IMG/VR virus record: IMGVR_UViG_3300030433_001574
Coordinates: 43,204 to 107,203 of that record
DNA: 64,000 nt
Source: a virus
Lineage: Duplodnaviria > Caudoviricetes
Reading direction: 5' to 3' (one strand)
The translations under genes and the position numbers were made by a program. This document shows, piece by piece, positions 40,132-50,289 of this stretch; positions within the stretch are counted from its first letter, which is position 1, and the number at the start of each line of letters is the position of its first letter. The notes beneath the pieces were generated by a model. It was not told the origin of the DNA. It saw only the letters and a program-made list of their open reading frames with translations, and searched no databases.

Positions 40132-40986
40132 TTACCATTTGCTACTCAGGAGAGGCTTACTGTAGATTTTTGCAATTTCATTGAGTTCAACAATATCCAA
40201 TCCAGTTTCATAACCCATTTTGTCTAAAAATCGAACCATGTCGTTTGTTGAAAGATTGCTACCGCTACCATGAACGAAAGGACAACCACCCAAACCACCA
40301 ATGCTGGTATCAAATTCAGTGATACCCCATTCCAAAGCAGTTTGAATGTTAGCAAACATGTTGTCTTTCTTGTCCTTTCGGTGATGCAAATGCAACGCTA
40401 TGTCAGCATCAATATGCCTTGACAACTCAAGAGTTCGATAGATAATAGAAGGATGTGCCTTACCAACTGTGTCACAAAGAACTACAGTATCACCCATGTG
40501 CTGAGCCGCTTGCATAGCCTCCAGCACCTTACGCTCATTGACGCTTTCATTGGGTGCTCCAAAGGCACAAGAAACATACGCTCTGACATTTTTTGTATCA
40601 GTATCTTGGAGCATCGAGTCCAACTCACCTACAATTTCATCCATGTTTTTTCCTAAGTTGGCTTGATTGAAACTGTCAGATGCTGAGAAAAAGACATTTA
40701 CTTTTTCAGCCCCAGCAGCCTTTGCTCTGTCCATTCCTCTTTGATTTGGAACAAGAACAGCAAAATTGTCGATGTCACGAGTGGCCTGAAACACTTCTTC
40801 AGCGTCAGCCATGTTTGGAACATACTTAGGATGAACAAATGATGTAATCTCCATTTGCTTTAAACCAACATCGTAGAGTCGATGTATCAAGTCAATTTTT
40901 TCATTTGTCGGTGTGAACTCCTCTATGTTTTGCAGACCATCACGAGGCCCAACTTCGTAGAGGTTTACATCACTCACCTTGCTCAC
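40132..40986 (-). CDS. hmgL: Hydroxymethylglutaryl-CoA lyase (DRE-TIM metallolyase)
   Basis: LYEVGPRDGLQN, TSFVHPKYVPNMAD, CDTVGKAHP, ALHLH, GGLGGCPF...NLST.D. Confidence 0.92.
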   Translation of the reverse strand: MSKVSDVNLYEVGPRDGLQNIEEFTPTNEKIDLIHRLYDVGLKQMEITSFVHPKYVPNMADAEEVFQATRDIDNFAVLVPNQRGMDRAKAAGAEKVNVFFSASDSFNQANLGKNMDEIVGELDSMLQDTDTKNVRAYVSCAFGAPNESVNERKVLEAMQAAQHMGDTVVLCDTVGKAHPSIIYRTLELSRHIDADIALHLHHRKDKKDNMFANIQTALEWGITEFDTSIGGLGGCPFVHGSGSNLSTNDMVRFLDKMGYETGLDIVELNEIAKIYSKPLLSSKW

Positions 40987-41872
40987 CCATTACCCTTCGG
41001 TCAGCAAAAAATCTTGATGGGTCTTCAGCAATAAGTCGTTGAAGTGCTTCTTGAGCAGCCAACTCTTGAGCGTTCACTCTTTGTTTACCTCGTGCTAAAG
41101 CGCTGATAGCACTCATGAATGGCTTTCTACCTTCACCGAGATACGAAGGGTCTGAACGTGCTTCGATGTAGTCAGGGTTGTTCTTACCTTCTTGGAACAT
41201 CATTTCACCCATACCTTCAGCCGATGCCATCTCAGGATGCGTCATGGCTAACGCATTGGTAGCCTGAGTCCCAAAACGGTCAATCAAACTTTGACGTAGT
41301 GCTGGTGCTCGTTGCATAGCGGAGGCTACATCTGAAAACTGTCTTGCTGTTGCTTTATCACCTGCGTCTCTAAGAGAACTGGCTTCTTGGAACAAGTCGT
41401 CAATGCTGGCTTTTTTCAGAGCCTTTGCTTTCATTTCATTAAAGATAGCATCGTAAAGATTTTCTTCCTTAGTCTTAGCGGGAACAGATTCTTGCACTGC
41501 TTCAGGTTCAGGTTGATTTAACTTTTCAAACTCGTTATGCATCGCAAGCAAACGATTGAACTCGTCAGCCTGTTCAGGAGTCATACCAGCGTATGGGTCG
41601 CCGTGTTTTTCACGAATATCTTTTATCGGTTTAACCCCAACGTATCTATCAACATCTGCACCTAATTTTTCTCTGAAATCTTCTTGTCCTGATGCTTCGT
41701 CGGCTGTGCCATATTTTCCATAATGGTCATCTCTTGTGCGGATTCCTTTCTTTTTTGAATCAGGGTCAGCAGCGTGCATAGGGTCTTTGTCACCCTTCTT
41801 ACCCACTGAGATAATCAGCACCATACCGTGTTTCTTTCCGCCCATTTTCTTTTCTTTCATGGTATCATCCAT
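40970..41872 (-). CDS. Hypothetical protein, 300 aa
   Basis: Charged helical ORF overlapping both neighbours. Confidence 0.7.
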   Translation of the reverse strand: MDDTMKEKKMGGKKHGMVLIISVGKKGDKDPMHAADPDSKKKGIRTRDDHYGKYGTADEASGQEDFREKLGADVDRYVGVKPIKDIREKHGDPYAGMTPEQADEFNRLLAMHNEFEKLNQPEPEAVQESVPAKTKEENLYDAIFNEMKAKALKKASIDDLFQEASSLRDAGDKATARQFSDVASAMQRAPALRQSLIDRFGTQATNALAMTHPEMASAEGMGEMMFQEGKNNPDYIEARSDPSYLGEGRKPFMSAISALARGKQRVNAQELAAQEALQRLIAEDPSRFFADRRVMGEQGE

Positions 41873-43341
41873 CCTCTACTCGGTTTTCCAGTAATAATGT
41901 TGTCAAGACCCGGCAAGATGTCATCGAGGAGGACAATCGAGCCTTTGAACTCTTTTGTTCCCCAGTTTGCCAACGCCAGCGACATAGCCAAGTCATCATG
42001 CACGCCCACGCTTTCCAGTCTCCCGTTCTTTTGCATTCCAAACCTGTTCAATTCCTCTTCTAACTTGTGAGTAAACTGCCTACTTATTTCATTACCATAA
42101 GGTGTTTTGATTTGGCCCTGTTCAAAAGCCATGAGCAAAGACATGAAGAGGCTTTCCTTTCTTGTCTTGGTTGTCATGAAGGTTCGGATAGGAATATCTT
42201 CTCGCATATCCTTGAGTTCCATAGCAAACATACGCTGGAAGTTGTTGCCTTCAAGTTCAATCAAGTCGGGTTGGAATCGTTGATTCAATAGAATGATTTG
42301 TCGCTTCTGTGCTACAGAACTCATACCACGCTCATGCACAACGCCGACAATCTGTTTGACGTTATCATCAGGTAGAGTTCGTAGAACAGTCATAGCAGTA
42401 AAGTCAGCATTCTTGTCCGATGCAATCGCTGTGTCCCAGCCAATGAAATGCTGACCGAACAGACCCATGCTGTTGCCATCTTCATCATACTCGTGTTCAG
42501 CATGGTCAAGGAGAACCAACTCAGGGTCACGAGCCTTTTCCAATATCGTCATCGGGAACATACTGGCTACGTCATGGATTGGTTCACAGAGATACTCACG
42601 AGTAAACTGAATCGCTGGCATTGAAAGTCGTCGCTGGTCAAGTGCTTCAAGACTCCAACGCTGAGGCCACAGCGGTTCACCCTCTCGATTGATAGCGGGA
42701 TATGTCTCAACTCGGAACGTCTCTTTCTTTTCCAACTCAGCATACAAGTCATTGTAACTGAACGGAGTTCCTACCATCATCAGTCTACCTGTGTGGTGGA
42801 GAACTGGGAGCAATACACCATAGAACCAGTCGGCTGCTCGTTGCAACTCACTACCCGTTGTTCCCCACAGAATGTCATCACATACGACGACATCAGGGTG
42901 GAAACCACGAGTTCCTCCGCCAACCGACTTTGCCATGATACGGCTACCGTTGGTGAACTCAAAATAGGTCTTTCGCCACGGTATACCACCGGGCTTAAGA
43001 TGGTGCAAACAAGGTGCTCCGTCGATGTTGTTACGAATGAAACGCATGTGCTCCAGTGTCTGTTCCAATGAGTGACTGAACACCATGATGTGTGTGTTGG
43101 GTCGGAACGCCGCTATCCACAGAGCATACGACATGAAGAATACAGACTTACCGTGGTCACGAGACGCTTTGACACAGTAGTAACGATTCTCTTCCAAGCC
43201 CTCATCCCACTGAGCGTGGTGGTCAGCGTAGTCAAAACCCAACACTGTTTCAAAAAAATACTTGAAAGAGCGCTGAGACATTTTTCTGTCCATCTCAACG
43301 ATGAGTTCTTTCATTTGCTCTTCTTCTTCTCGCTTACCCAT
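41857..43341 (-). CDS. terL: Terminase large subunit
   Basis: Walker A ASRDHGKS, Walker B VVVCDD, coupling motif VGTP, RNase-H nuclease IGWDTA...DFTA and HDDLAMSLALA. Confidence 0.95.
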   Translation of the reverse strand: MGKREEEEQMKELIVEMDRKMSQRSFKYFFETVLGFDYADHHAQWDEGLEENRYYCVKASRDHGKSVFFMSYALWIAAFRPNTHIMVFSHSLEQTLEHMRFIRNNIDGAPCLHHLKPGGIPWRKTYFEFTNGSRIMAKSVGGGTRGFHPDVVVCDDILWGTTGSELQRAADWFYGVLLPVLHHTGRLMMVGTPFSYNDLYAELEKKETFRVETYPAINREGEPLWPQRWSLEALDQRRLSMPAIQFTREYLCEPIHDVASMFPMTILEKARDPELVLLDHAEHEYDEDGNSMGLFGQHFIGWDTAIASDKNADFTAMTVLRTLPDDNVKQIVGVVHERGMSSVAQKRQIILLNQRFQPDLIELEGNNFQRMFAMELKDMREDIPIRTFMTTKTRKESLFMSLLMAFEQGQIKTPYGNEISRQFTHKLEEELNRFGMQKNGRLESVGVHDDLAMSLALANWGTKEFKGSIVLLDDILPGLDNIITGKPSRGWMIP

Positions 43342-44462
43342 CAGACCACCCCAACGAGCATTTTTCTTTTGTCATCTTTGTTTGTCATAGATGCCGATGA
43401 CATTGATGCGTTTGCTGCCTTTTCTTGTGCTTTTTGTGCTTGTTCAAGACTTTGTTGAATTGTATTACCAGCACCACTGTCTAACTCTTCTTCTTCAGTT
43501 TTACCAGTTGTGTTAGCAGCAATTGTTTCACCTATCTGTTCAGGAGACATTTCAGGAGTTGGCGAAGCAACAGCAACAGGTGCGGCAGGGGTTTGCTCCA
43601 CACCATCTTCACCTATTACTCTGAATCTGCCGTCTCCTCTCATTGGACTGAGAGGCATTTGAAGTGGATTATCCGTAACACCAATCAAGTTCGTTGCATC
43701 TTGTTGTGTTTGTTGAAGTCGAGACTCAGCATCAGCCCCATAATGACCTAATGCTTGAGCAGCATCTGATGGATTGTATGTGTCTCTCAAAGCCCTGTTT
43801 CGTGCTTCTTCACTGTCAATAGGAACTAAATTACCATCTAAACCTTCGACCATCACTGGTTGTCGTGTAGGAGGAGCAACTTGAGGAGTAGGCTCAGCAA
43901 CTTGAGGTTGAGTTACACCGACTTTGTTTGCGGCACGTCTTGCTGCTCGCTCTCCAGCACGACCACTTGTTTGTTGAACTTGTTGTGATGTTGCTTGATA
44001 TTGTCCAGCAGCCCCTAAGCCACCACTAAATGCATCTTGACCAGCAGCACCAGCATTCGCAAGACCAATTACCCCTGCTAAAAAGCCGAGTGCATTCGCA
44101 TCAGCGTCTCTTTTACGATGTGCTGCTTCTCCAGCCCGACCAGCCGTTTCAAACACTTTTTGCTGAGCCAAAGCAGTCCTGTTACCCTCTTCTGTATTCG
44201 GGGCATTATCCAAGTCCATTCGCTGGTTCATACCAGTAGTCCCATAAATATCGGCTAATCTACGACTTCCAGCATCATCTAATTTTGGTGCTTGATATTG
44301 AAAATTACCCGATGCATCGGGTGGTGTTTGAGTCATTTGCGACATTTGACTTTGACCGGGAAGATAAGGAACTTCACCAGTCGGGTCTAAATTATACATT
44401 ATCTCCGGGCCTCTTGAAGAGATGACATTCATAATGCTCTTACGAACTAAAACGTCGCCCAT
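43341..44462 (-). CDS. Hypothetical A/Q/G-rich protein, possible internal/ejection protein
   Basis: 373 aa; starts MGDVLVRKS; contains a hydrophobic Gly-rich helix. Confidence 0.65.
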   Translation of the reverse strand: MGDVLVRKSIMNVISSRGPEIMYNLDPTGEVPYLPGQSQMSQMTQTPPDASGNFQYQAPKLDDAGSRRLADIYGTTGMNQRMDLDNAPNTEEGNRTALAQQKVFETAGRAGEAAHRKRDADANALGFLAGVIGLANAGAAGQDAFSGGLGAAGQYQATSQQVQQTSGRAGERAARRAANKVGVTQPQVAEPTPQVAPPTRQPVMVEGLDGNLVPIDSEEARNRALRDTYNPSDAAQALGHYGADAESRLQQTQQDATNLIGVTDNPLQMPLSPMRGDGRFRVIGEDGVEQTPAAPVAVASPTPEMSPEQIGETIAANTTGKTEEEELDSGAGNTIQQSLEQAQKAQEKAANASMSSASMTNKDDKRKMLVGVV

Positions 44463-46795
44463 CAGACACCACCTACGCTTACTTTGACAACCTTGACAAC
44501 ATCAGTAGAAACATTGAGTCGCTTTGCAATTCGCTCCCAATCACCAGTGGCATGTGCTATTGAACGAACATCAACGGGCGTGAGGTCTACGCTCTTAGCA
44601 AGATAGTGCATACCACGACGGTCACTAACATTGATTGGTCGAGTCAATGCGTGCTTCATGATTTTGCTGTCGTTGCGAGCATCGTCCAACTGCATATCTT
44701 CCATAGCCTTCATGACTCTATCCATCGGAGAGAGTTCAGTCGGTTGAGACTTCATGTATTGAGTGAGCAAGCGTTGGCGTGGGTCGCCCATGAGTTGTTG
44801 GTAACGCTGCTCTTGAGGTGAAAGTTGCATACCCTGTCCTTGAGGCACTCTTGCGCCAGCGGCTTCTATGATTCTACGAAGCGATGCTGGGTCAGCCTGT
44901 CCGACACGGCTTCGTGCCGCTGCCATTTCAGCACTTTGCGGTGTGAAACCGGGTGCTCCCCGTTGAGGGACAGACGGAGGTAGCGTCGTCTGCTGAGGTG
45001 CTGGGGGAGCAACAGCAACCTCAGTGGGAGTAGGTTGTGGACGTGGAGCAGGTCGCTCAGTTGATGCAGTCGCAGCGGGTCTTGTAACCGATGCTCTTTC
45101 AACTGGGGCGAGTGCTACGTCGTGGTGATACGGAACGTGCTCAGGTAGGTTTTCAATAAGTTGTTCAGGATATTGCATGTAGCGAGAAGACAAACCAGTG
45201 GTCGGAAGCGACTCAGGCAACTGGCGACGGGTCTGATGACCAAACGCTTCGCTAAGTAAATCAGCCAAAGCCTGAGTTCCTTGTCTACGTTGCTCGACAG
45301 TATCATAACTTTGGAGATTCAAACCCATGTCTTGAATGATAGCAGCGTCGATGTTACCTTCAGCATCTCTTGGCATGTAGGCTCGTAACTCGCTGTCGTG
45401 CTCATCATGTGCTCCACTTAGCATGGCCTTAGCATAAAATTTAGCAGCGTTTTCGTGAGTCCCCAAACCTCGTGTTGGTCTATGTCCATCGAGCGTTTCC
45501 AAATGAGGGCCGGGAACAGCATGGCTTCGCATGTTGTCAAATCCAACCTCGTGGTCTTTTCCAAAGACTTCAAGGATGTGTTGAAACGCTCGCTTGCCCG
45601 GTCCGGGTCTTGCTTTTGACCCACTAATGATACGACCAAACAACATGTTGAAGGCTGGGGTTCGTGATAATTCGTTAATCATGTTTTCAGTGCTGGCTGG
45701 ACTTCGCAACACGGTTCTTAGGTTCATCATTGTATATTGAGGAGAGCCAGTTGTGCCGGGAGTTGTGTTAATCGGCACATCAACGTCAGGAATTTTATCA
45801 GGGTCAATGACCTTTAGCGCTTCAGCGATGTGAACTTTTGCGCTGTCGATTGAGTTTTTTGGCCCTGTCTGTTGGCGACCAGCCATCATATGCATAAAAT
45901 CAGGGGTGTGATTCATAACTTCCCAAGACTGGATTCCAGTGTGGGCCGCATTATGGGAAACACCGGGAGGAGCGTTGGTGATGTGTGTGCCGGGTAGCAT
46001 AAACCCTTGAGGCGTTTGGATGATAGCGTCACCACCTCGGCCACGAATACGACTACCACGAGGGTGCAAATCTTTGATGTCAATGTGAGGATTGTCAAGG
46101 AACTCAGCACCAACCAAGTCTTTGATACCAAGTGTTTCAAGTAGAATCTTCTGTAGATTGTGATTGTAAGGAACGGCGTAGGACTCAATCATAGCACCAA
46201 TTTTTTCGTTACGATTTGCACGATTGGTATAAGCAGTGATGTATTCTCCACTTTGAGCACGATGAGGTCGTGATGTTGGTTTTCGACCACCATATGGTGC
46301 TACTACGATTTTACGATGCTGCATGTCATCAACATCGGGAATATGGTGAAAACCGCTTTTGTCATCATGTTCAAGATTTGTCATCTCAATGGCACGCTGA
46401 ACAATGTTTCGACCAGTAAGTTGTCCCAACTCAGGATGGTCTTGACCAAGCAAACCGTTTTTCTCAAGAGCCTCACCAATAGCGTGTATCACACCGTCAA
46501 TTCCGTGATGATGTGATTCTCCATTATGGTCAAGGTAAACCATTTCATCGTGTTTACCTTTAACGAATTTACCGGGAATCAATTCACCCATACCAAAGTG
46601 TCCTGATGGGTGTGGCTTTGCCGCACCGTAGTGAGCGTAGACAGGAACGTCAGGCGTGTTTGGGTCAGGGTGTATTGCTTCAGGAGGTGGAGAAGTTTTC
46701 AGATACGGAGTAAGTCGCCCCGTCTCAGGATGAGGATAGTAACCGTAAACACCGTCACCTTTGAGAAGAAGTGATTTACGAACTAAGACATTCAA
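44462..46795 (-). CDS. Hypothetical 777-aa protein, C-terminal HTH-like segment
   Basis: Starts MNVLVRKSLLLKG; ends WERIAKRLNVSTDVVKVVK. Confidence 0.7.
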   Translation of the reverse strand: MNVLVRKSLLLKGDGVYGYYPHPETGRLTPYLKTSPPPEAIHPDPNTPDVPVYAHYGAAKPHPSGHFGMGELIPGKFVKGKHDEMVYLDHNGESHHHGIDGVIHAIGEALEKNGLLGQDHPELGQLTGRNIVQRAIEMTNLEHDDKSGFHHIPDVDDMQHRKIVVAPYGGRKPTSRPHRAQSGEYITAYTNRANRNEKIGAMIESYAVPYNHNLQKILLETLGIKDLVGAEFLDNPHIDIKDLHPRGSRIRGRGGDAIIQTPQGFMLPGTHITNAPPGVSHNAAHTGIQSWEVMNHTPDFMHMMAGRQQTGPKNSIDSAKVHIAEALKVIDPDKIPDVDVPINTTPGTTGSPQYTMMNLRTVLRSPASTENMINELSRTPAFNMLFGRIISGSKARPGPGKRAFQHILEVFGKDHEVGFDNMRSHAVPGPHLETLDGHRPTRGLGTHENAAKFYAKAMLSGAHDEHDSELRAYMPRDAEGNIDAAIIQDMGLNLQSYDTVEQRRQGTQALADLLSEAFGHQTRRQLPESLPTTGLSSRYMQYPEQLIENLPEHVPYHHDVALAPVERASVTRPAATASTERPAPRPQPTPTEVAVAPPAPQQTTLPPSVPQRGAPGFTPQSAEMAAARSRVGQADPASLRRIIEAAGARVPQGQGMQLSPQEQRYQQLMGDPRQRLLTQYMKSQPTELSPMDRVMKAMEDMQLDDARNDSKIMKHALTRPINVSDRRGMHYLAKSVDLTPVDVRSIAHATGDWERIAKRLNVSTDVVKVVKVSVGGV

Positions 46796-48660
46796 ACTCG
46801 CCCACTCCCTCTACCAACAAGAGCGCCGGGGTCAAGCCCGAAGTCTCGTGGTTCATTGTTTACATCTTCCGTAGCGCCTTCGTTTCGATTTGTTTGCTTT
46901 GGACTGTTGGCTGGATAATTTGGTAGTGTGCTCGCTGCACCAGCGGTGTCAGGTTCACCCTTACCCTTCTTTTTGCTGTCCTTGTCTTTCTTTTCACGCA
47001 TCAGTTCACGAATCTCTTTGAGAGCAATTCGCATCAATGCTGCTTGATATGCATTGGCTTTGAGAATGTCACTGTGTTGAGGAATGTCCTCACTCATTGT
47101 AATCATACTCGGCATCTTAGGTCGTGCTAAGTGTGGTCGCTTGAGTTGCGGTGGCACAATGCTTGGCGCACGAACTGGTCGAAGTCGTGGTCTTGGGACA
47201 CGAGGGTATTGGAGTGTGTTGGTCAAGCGACCACCACCCGTATCACCAGCGATATACGAGCGTTGGCTGTGACGCATGTGTGGTGTGTATACTGTTCTTA
47301 CACCGCCCAAGAGTTTACGAGCATCTTGTGAAGCGAGATAGGGTCTGTATTGTTGAGGGTCTTTTGATGGAGGTTGCTTGCTGGCAAGACCTCGGTGAGA
47401 GAACTCAACAGAAAGATGTGGCCTCATTAGCCCAGTTTTACGCCCCAGTGGTAGGTTACGACTGATGTTCTTGGAACGTCTTGACGTGATGTTTCGTGGG
47501 TCGCCTCCACCTTTTGGCTTCTCAAACTGACCAGTAGATGGTCGCCATTTAGCGTAGCCTTCTTTCTTGCGTCGTCGCTTTACGGAGCGCTTTGACTCTT
47601 TTTTTTTAATCGTGTCCGATTTGAGCAATTGCCAAGCGATGTCCATAGGCTCGCTCGCATATTTCATTTGAAAATTATGTTCACTTTGAGGTGTGGGTGT
47701 GAAAGGAGGTGCAAGTTGCTCGATAAATCCCACACCTTTAGGATAGGGGAATGCATCAAAAACAGATTCGTTATCAGGCATTATGTTGCGTAAATCTTTT
47801 GTTGCATTATTTTCAAACTCGACAGCATCTTTTATGTTGTCAAGGGTTAATCCTTGAGCAAAACGAGCCATAGCCTCACGCTCTCCTCCAAATTCGCTTC
47901 TTGCGTCTTTATAGGAATTGATGTAGTTTTGAGCCGCCTCCGCACCAGCATTTTCCAAAATATACTGATACACCTCATTTGGGTCTAATGGTTCTCCAAA
48001 GTATGTCGAATGGTCATGGTTAGAAACCTCATCATGAGTATCTGCTACTCTTTCACCAAACATCTCCTCAAGCATATATGCGGGAGGGTGATTCATACGA
48101 TAGTATTCAGCCAATCTATCCATAGCCCTTTTTCTTTCTTCATTTTTAAGTTCAGGATTATCGCCAGCAAATCTTGCTCGGTCTATCTCATAATCTGTCA
48201 TTTCTGACATATCACGCTTTAGCAAATTACTCCAAGCATTATCCATAGGCTCAGACATCTGAACCATCTGACCGCCAGCAGCACCCGGCCCTTTTGCTCC
48301 CATAGCAAGACTGGTAAGGAAACCACCAGCACCTGATGGCATTGTTTGATTTGCTGGATTATCAGTAGAACCACGAGGCTTGAACTTCTCCTCTTCCTCT
48401 TCTACTGGCTCATCAGGTTTTTCGCCATCAATACCAAGATGATGTCTACGGACTTTGATGTGACGGATTTTGTTGTCCTCTTTCTCTTCTCGTTCACGCT
48501 TGGCTTGCTTCTTGTCCTTGCGCTTTTCCTTGTCTTTGGCATCTTCGACACCGCTGGGTGGACGCTCATCTTCATGATTCGCCCTGAACATCTCGGAGGA
48601 TTCTGAGCGAGGATTATACATCCTCGTGTCAGAGGTTCGACCCATCATCCCCTCCGTCAT
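46792..48660 (-). CDS. Modular 622-aa protein with two EPMD.AW..LLK motifs
   Basis: Acidic, AT-rich and basic segments are separated by the motif. Confidence 0.7.
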   Translation of the reverse strand: MTEGMMGRTSDTRMYNPRSESSEMFRANHEDERPPSGVEDAKDKEKRKDKKQAKREREEKEDNKIRHIKVRRHHLGIDGEKPDEPVEEEEEKFKPRGSTDNPANQTMPSGAGGFLTSLAMGAKGPGAAGGQMVQMSEPMDNAWSNLLKRDMSEMTDYEIDRARFAGDNPELKNEERKRAMDRLAEYYRMNHPPAYMLEEMFGERVADTHDEVSNHDHSTYFGEPLDPNEVYQYILENAGAEAAQNYINSYKDARSEFGGEREAMARFAQGLTLDNIKDAVEFENNATKDLRNIMPDNESVFDAFPYPKGVGFIEQLAPPFTPTPQSEHNFQMKYASEPMDIAWQLLKSDTIKKKESKRSVKRRRKKEGYAKWRPSTGQFEKPKGGGDPRNITSRRSKNISRNLPLGRKTGLMRPHLSVEFSHRGLASKQPPSKDPQQYRPYLASQDARKLLGGVRTVYTPHMRHSQRSYIAGDTGGGRLTNTLQYPRVPRPRLRPVRAPSIVPPQLKRPHLARPKMPSMITMSEDIPQHSDILKANAYQAALMRIALKEIRELMREKKDKDSKKKGKGEPDTAGAASTLPNYPANSPKQTNRNEGATEDVNNEPRDFGLDPGALVGRGSGRV

Positions 48661-49058
48661 GAATTATCCCCCACGATATGATGTTCAAAACATTGTCGCA
48701 ACTTTTGCGCCATTTTTCTATAGAACGATGCTACTCTTGGACTGTCTTGGAATGCATGTGTCATGTTCTCAATTGTGTGCTCAAACTCTTCAAGCAAACG
48801 AGGAATGAGTTCGTAAGCAGGGAAAAATGTCACAGGGTCGTCATCCTCAAACACTGTCTCAAACGATTTCGCCAGCAACTTGAACAAGTCAGGTGGTGTA
48901 ACGTCCAACTCACCATAGTGTTCAAATCGCTTTGTGACACAACGGCAAAAATCAAGATACACTGGAACAGCGTTTTCAGAGATTGGTCGGTCACACTCTA
49001 CGAATGTAAACGCAGGGTGCGTCATTTGCAATAAGTCAGGAACTGGAACTGGCATCAA
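48657..49058 (-). CDS. Hypothetical protein, 133 aa
   Basis: Coupled to both neighbours; GGTGA RBS. Confidence 0.65.
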   Translation of the reverse strand: MMPVPVPDLLQMTHPAFTFVECDRPISENAVPVYLDFCRCVTKRFEHYGELDVTPPDLFKLLAKSFETVFEDDDPVTFFPAYELIPRLLEEFEHTIENMTHAFQDSPRVASFYRKMAQKLRQCFEHHIVGDNS

Positions 49059-49738
49059 TTCATATCACCTGCGTGTTCCAATAACGACTCACGGATTCTC
49101 GCCCATGAGTCAGGGCTTTCTTTTCCAAGTTCGACTTTGAGAATGTTAATCGTGTTATTGACTTGACTGTTCTCAGATGTAGGACTCCATTGTTCGTTCA
49201 TCTTTAGCAAGTCCTTTATTGACTCTCTGACTTCTTTGTGCAGTGACACTGCATCTTTGACGAAACCATCTTCATGAACACTGCCCTCATTGAGCAGTTC
49301 AGACAATTTATGGTTGAGCAATTCGACGTTTGACCTGAGTGCATTTATCTCTTCTCCTACGACTAATGTTATTTCAGCAGCGGCGCTTCTTTGAACTAAC
49401 GGTTGAAAGTGATGTTTCATGTGATGGTATACCGATGCTTCAGAGATGCCAAGTTCTTCAGCAATAGCCTCTGACTCAGCACCGTCATTGAAGAATCGAC
49501 GCTCAAAGTCGGCTCTTTCAACGTGAGCGCATACCTTGCATTGAGGATTTGATGCCATGTGGTATTGACCCATGTGATTGCGAAAGTGGCGGTCTGTCGT
49601 ATTGAGTCGCCAGCCCATGTCTTTGTCGAGTTGTTTTGGTGATATTTCACCATCCAGTAGTCCTTTTTCTAAGTCAGCACGACTCGGATGCTGGCACAAA
49701 GGGCAAGACCTTTTTGTGATAGCACCGCCCTCCGCCAT
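49055..49738 (-). CDS. Probable terminase small subunit (two CxxCxH...HxxxH Zn/HTH repeats plus coiled coil)
   Basis: CPLCQHP...HFRNHM and CKVCAH...IAEELGISEASVYHHMKHH; heads the packaging/structural operon. Confidence 0.65.
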   Translation of the reverse strand: MAEGGAITKRSCPLCQHPSRADLEKGLLDGEISPKQLDKDMGWRLNTTDRHFRNHMGQYHMASNPQCKVCAHVERADFERRFFNDGAESEAIAEELGISEASVYHHMKHHFQPLVQRSAAAEITLVVGEEINALRSNVELLNHKLSELLNEGSVHEDGFVKDAVSLHKEVRESIKDLLKMNEQWSPTSENSQVNNTINILKVELGKESPDSWARIRESLLEHAGDMN

Positions 49739-49797
49739 GACACGCTTAAAGCAACATTACCCATAACCCTTTTTCTTCTGAACCTCTTCGTAGTAAC

Positions 49798-50073
49798 ATG
49801 CTCCCACCATACGAGAGAGTTCCAAAACAACCTCTCAAGAAACGTGGAAAAGACTTGCTCAAGGCTTCAAAAGACGCACTGCAAGGTCGTAGAGTTTCAA
49901 CGTCAGAATACATGGAGCGACTGGACAAATGCTACAGTTGTCCTTACATGCAAAAACGAATGGGGACTTGCCAACTCTGTAGTTGCGTTATGAAAATCAA
50001 AGCCCTCGCACCCTCGGTTGGGTGTCCAATAGGAAAGTGGTTACCGAGTGATTCGGGAGTAAAGCGTGGTTAA
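49798..50073 (+). CDS. Small Cys-rich zinc-binding protein (DUF6171-like)
   Basis: ERLDKCYSCP...TCQLCSCVMKIK...CPIGKW, a pattern common in aquatic viruses; divergent from TerS. Confidence 0.7.
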   Translation: MLPPYERVPKQPLKKRGKDLLKASKDALQGRRVSTSEYMERLDKCYSCPYMQKRMGTCQLCSCVMKIKALAPSVGCPIGKWLPSDSGVKRG

Positions 50074-50280
50074 GAAAATAAGCGCTCCAAAGATGCCTAC
50101 AACGAAAACGCTAACGTCTCCGCTACTCATTTCATCTCCTTTGAAAACCAAAATAGACACACCAGCGATAATCACAGAGATGAACTGAACCATTATCATC
50201 TCAACAATGATGTTTCGACTCGGAGCAAAAATCGAACTGCTCGCCTGACTCAATTTTATTCCATAATCACTTGGTTGCAT
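50041..50280 (-). CDS. Small two-TM membrane protein
   Basis: Two hydrophobic helices; GAGGTGA RBS. Confidence 0.7.
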   Translation of the reverse strand: MQPSDYGIKLSQASSSIFAPSRNIIVEMIMVQFISVIIAGVSILVFKGDEMSSGDVSVFVVGIFGALIFLTTLYSRITR

Positions 50281-50289
50281 TCTATCACC

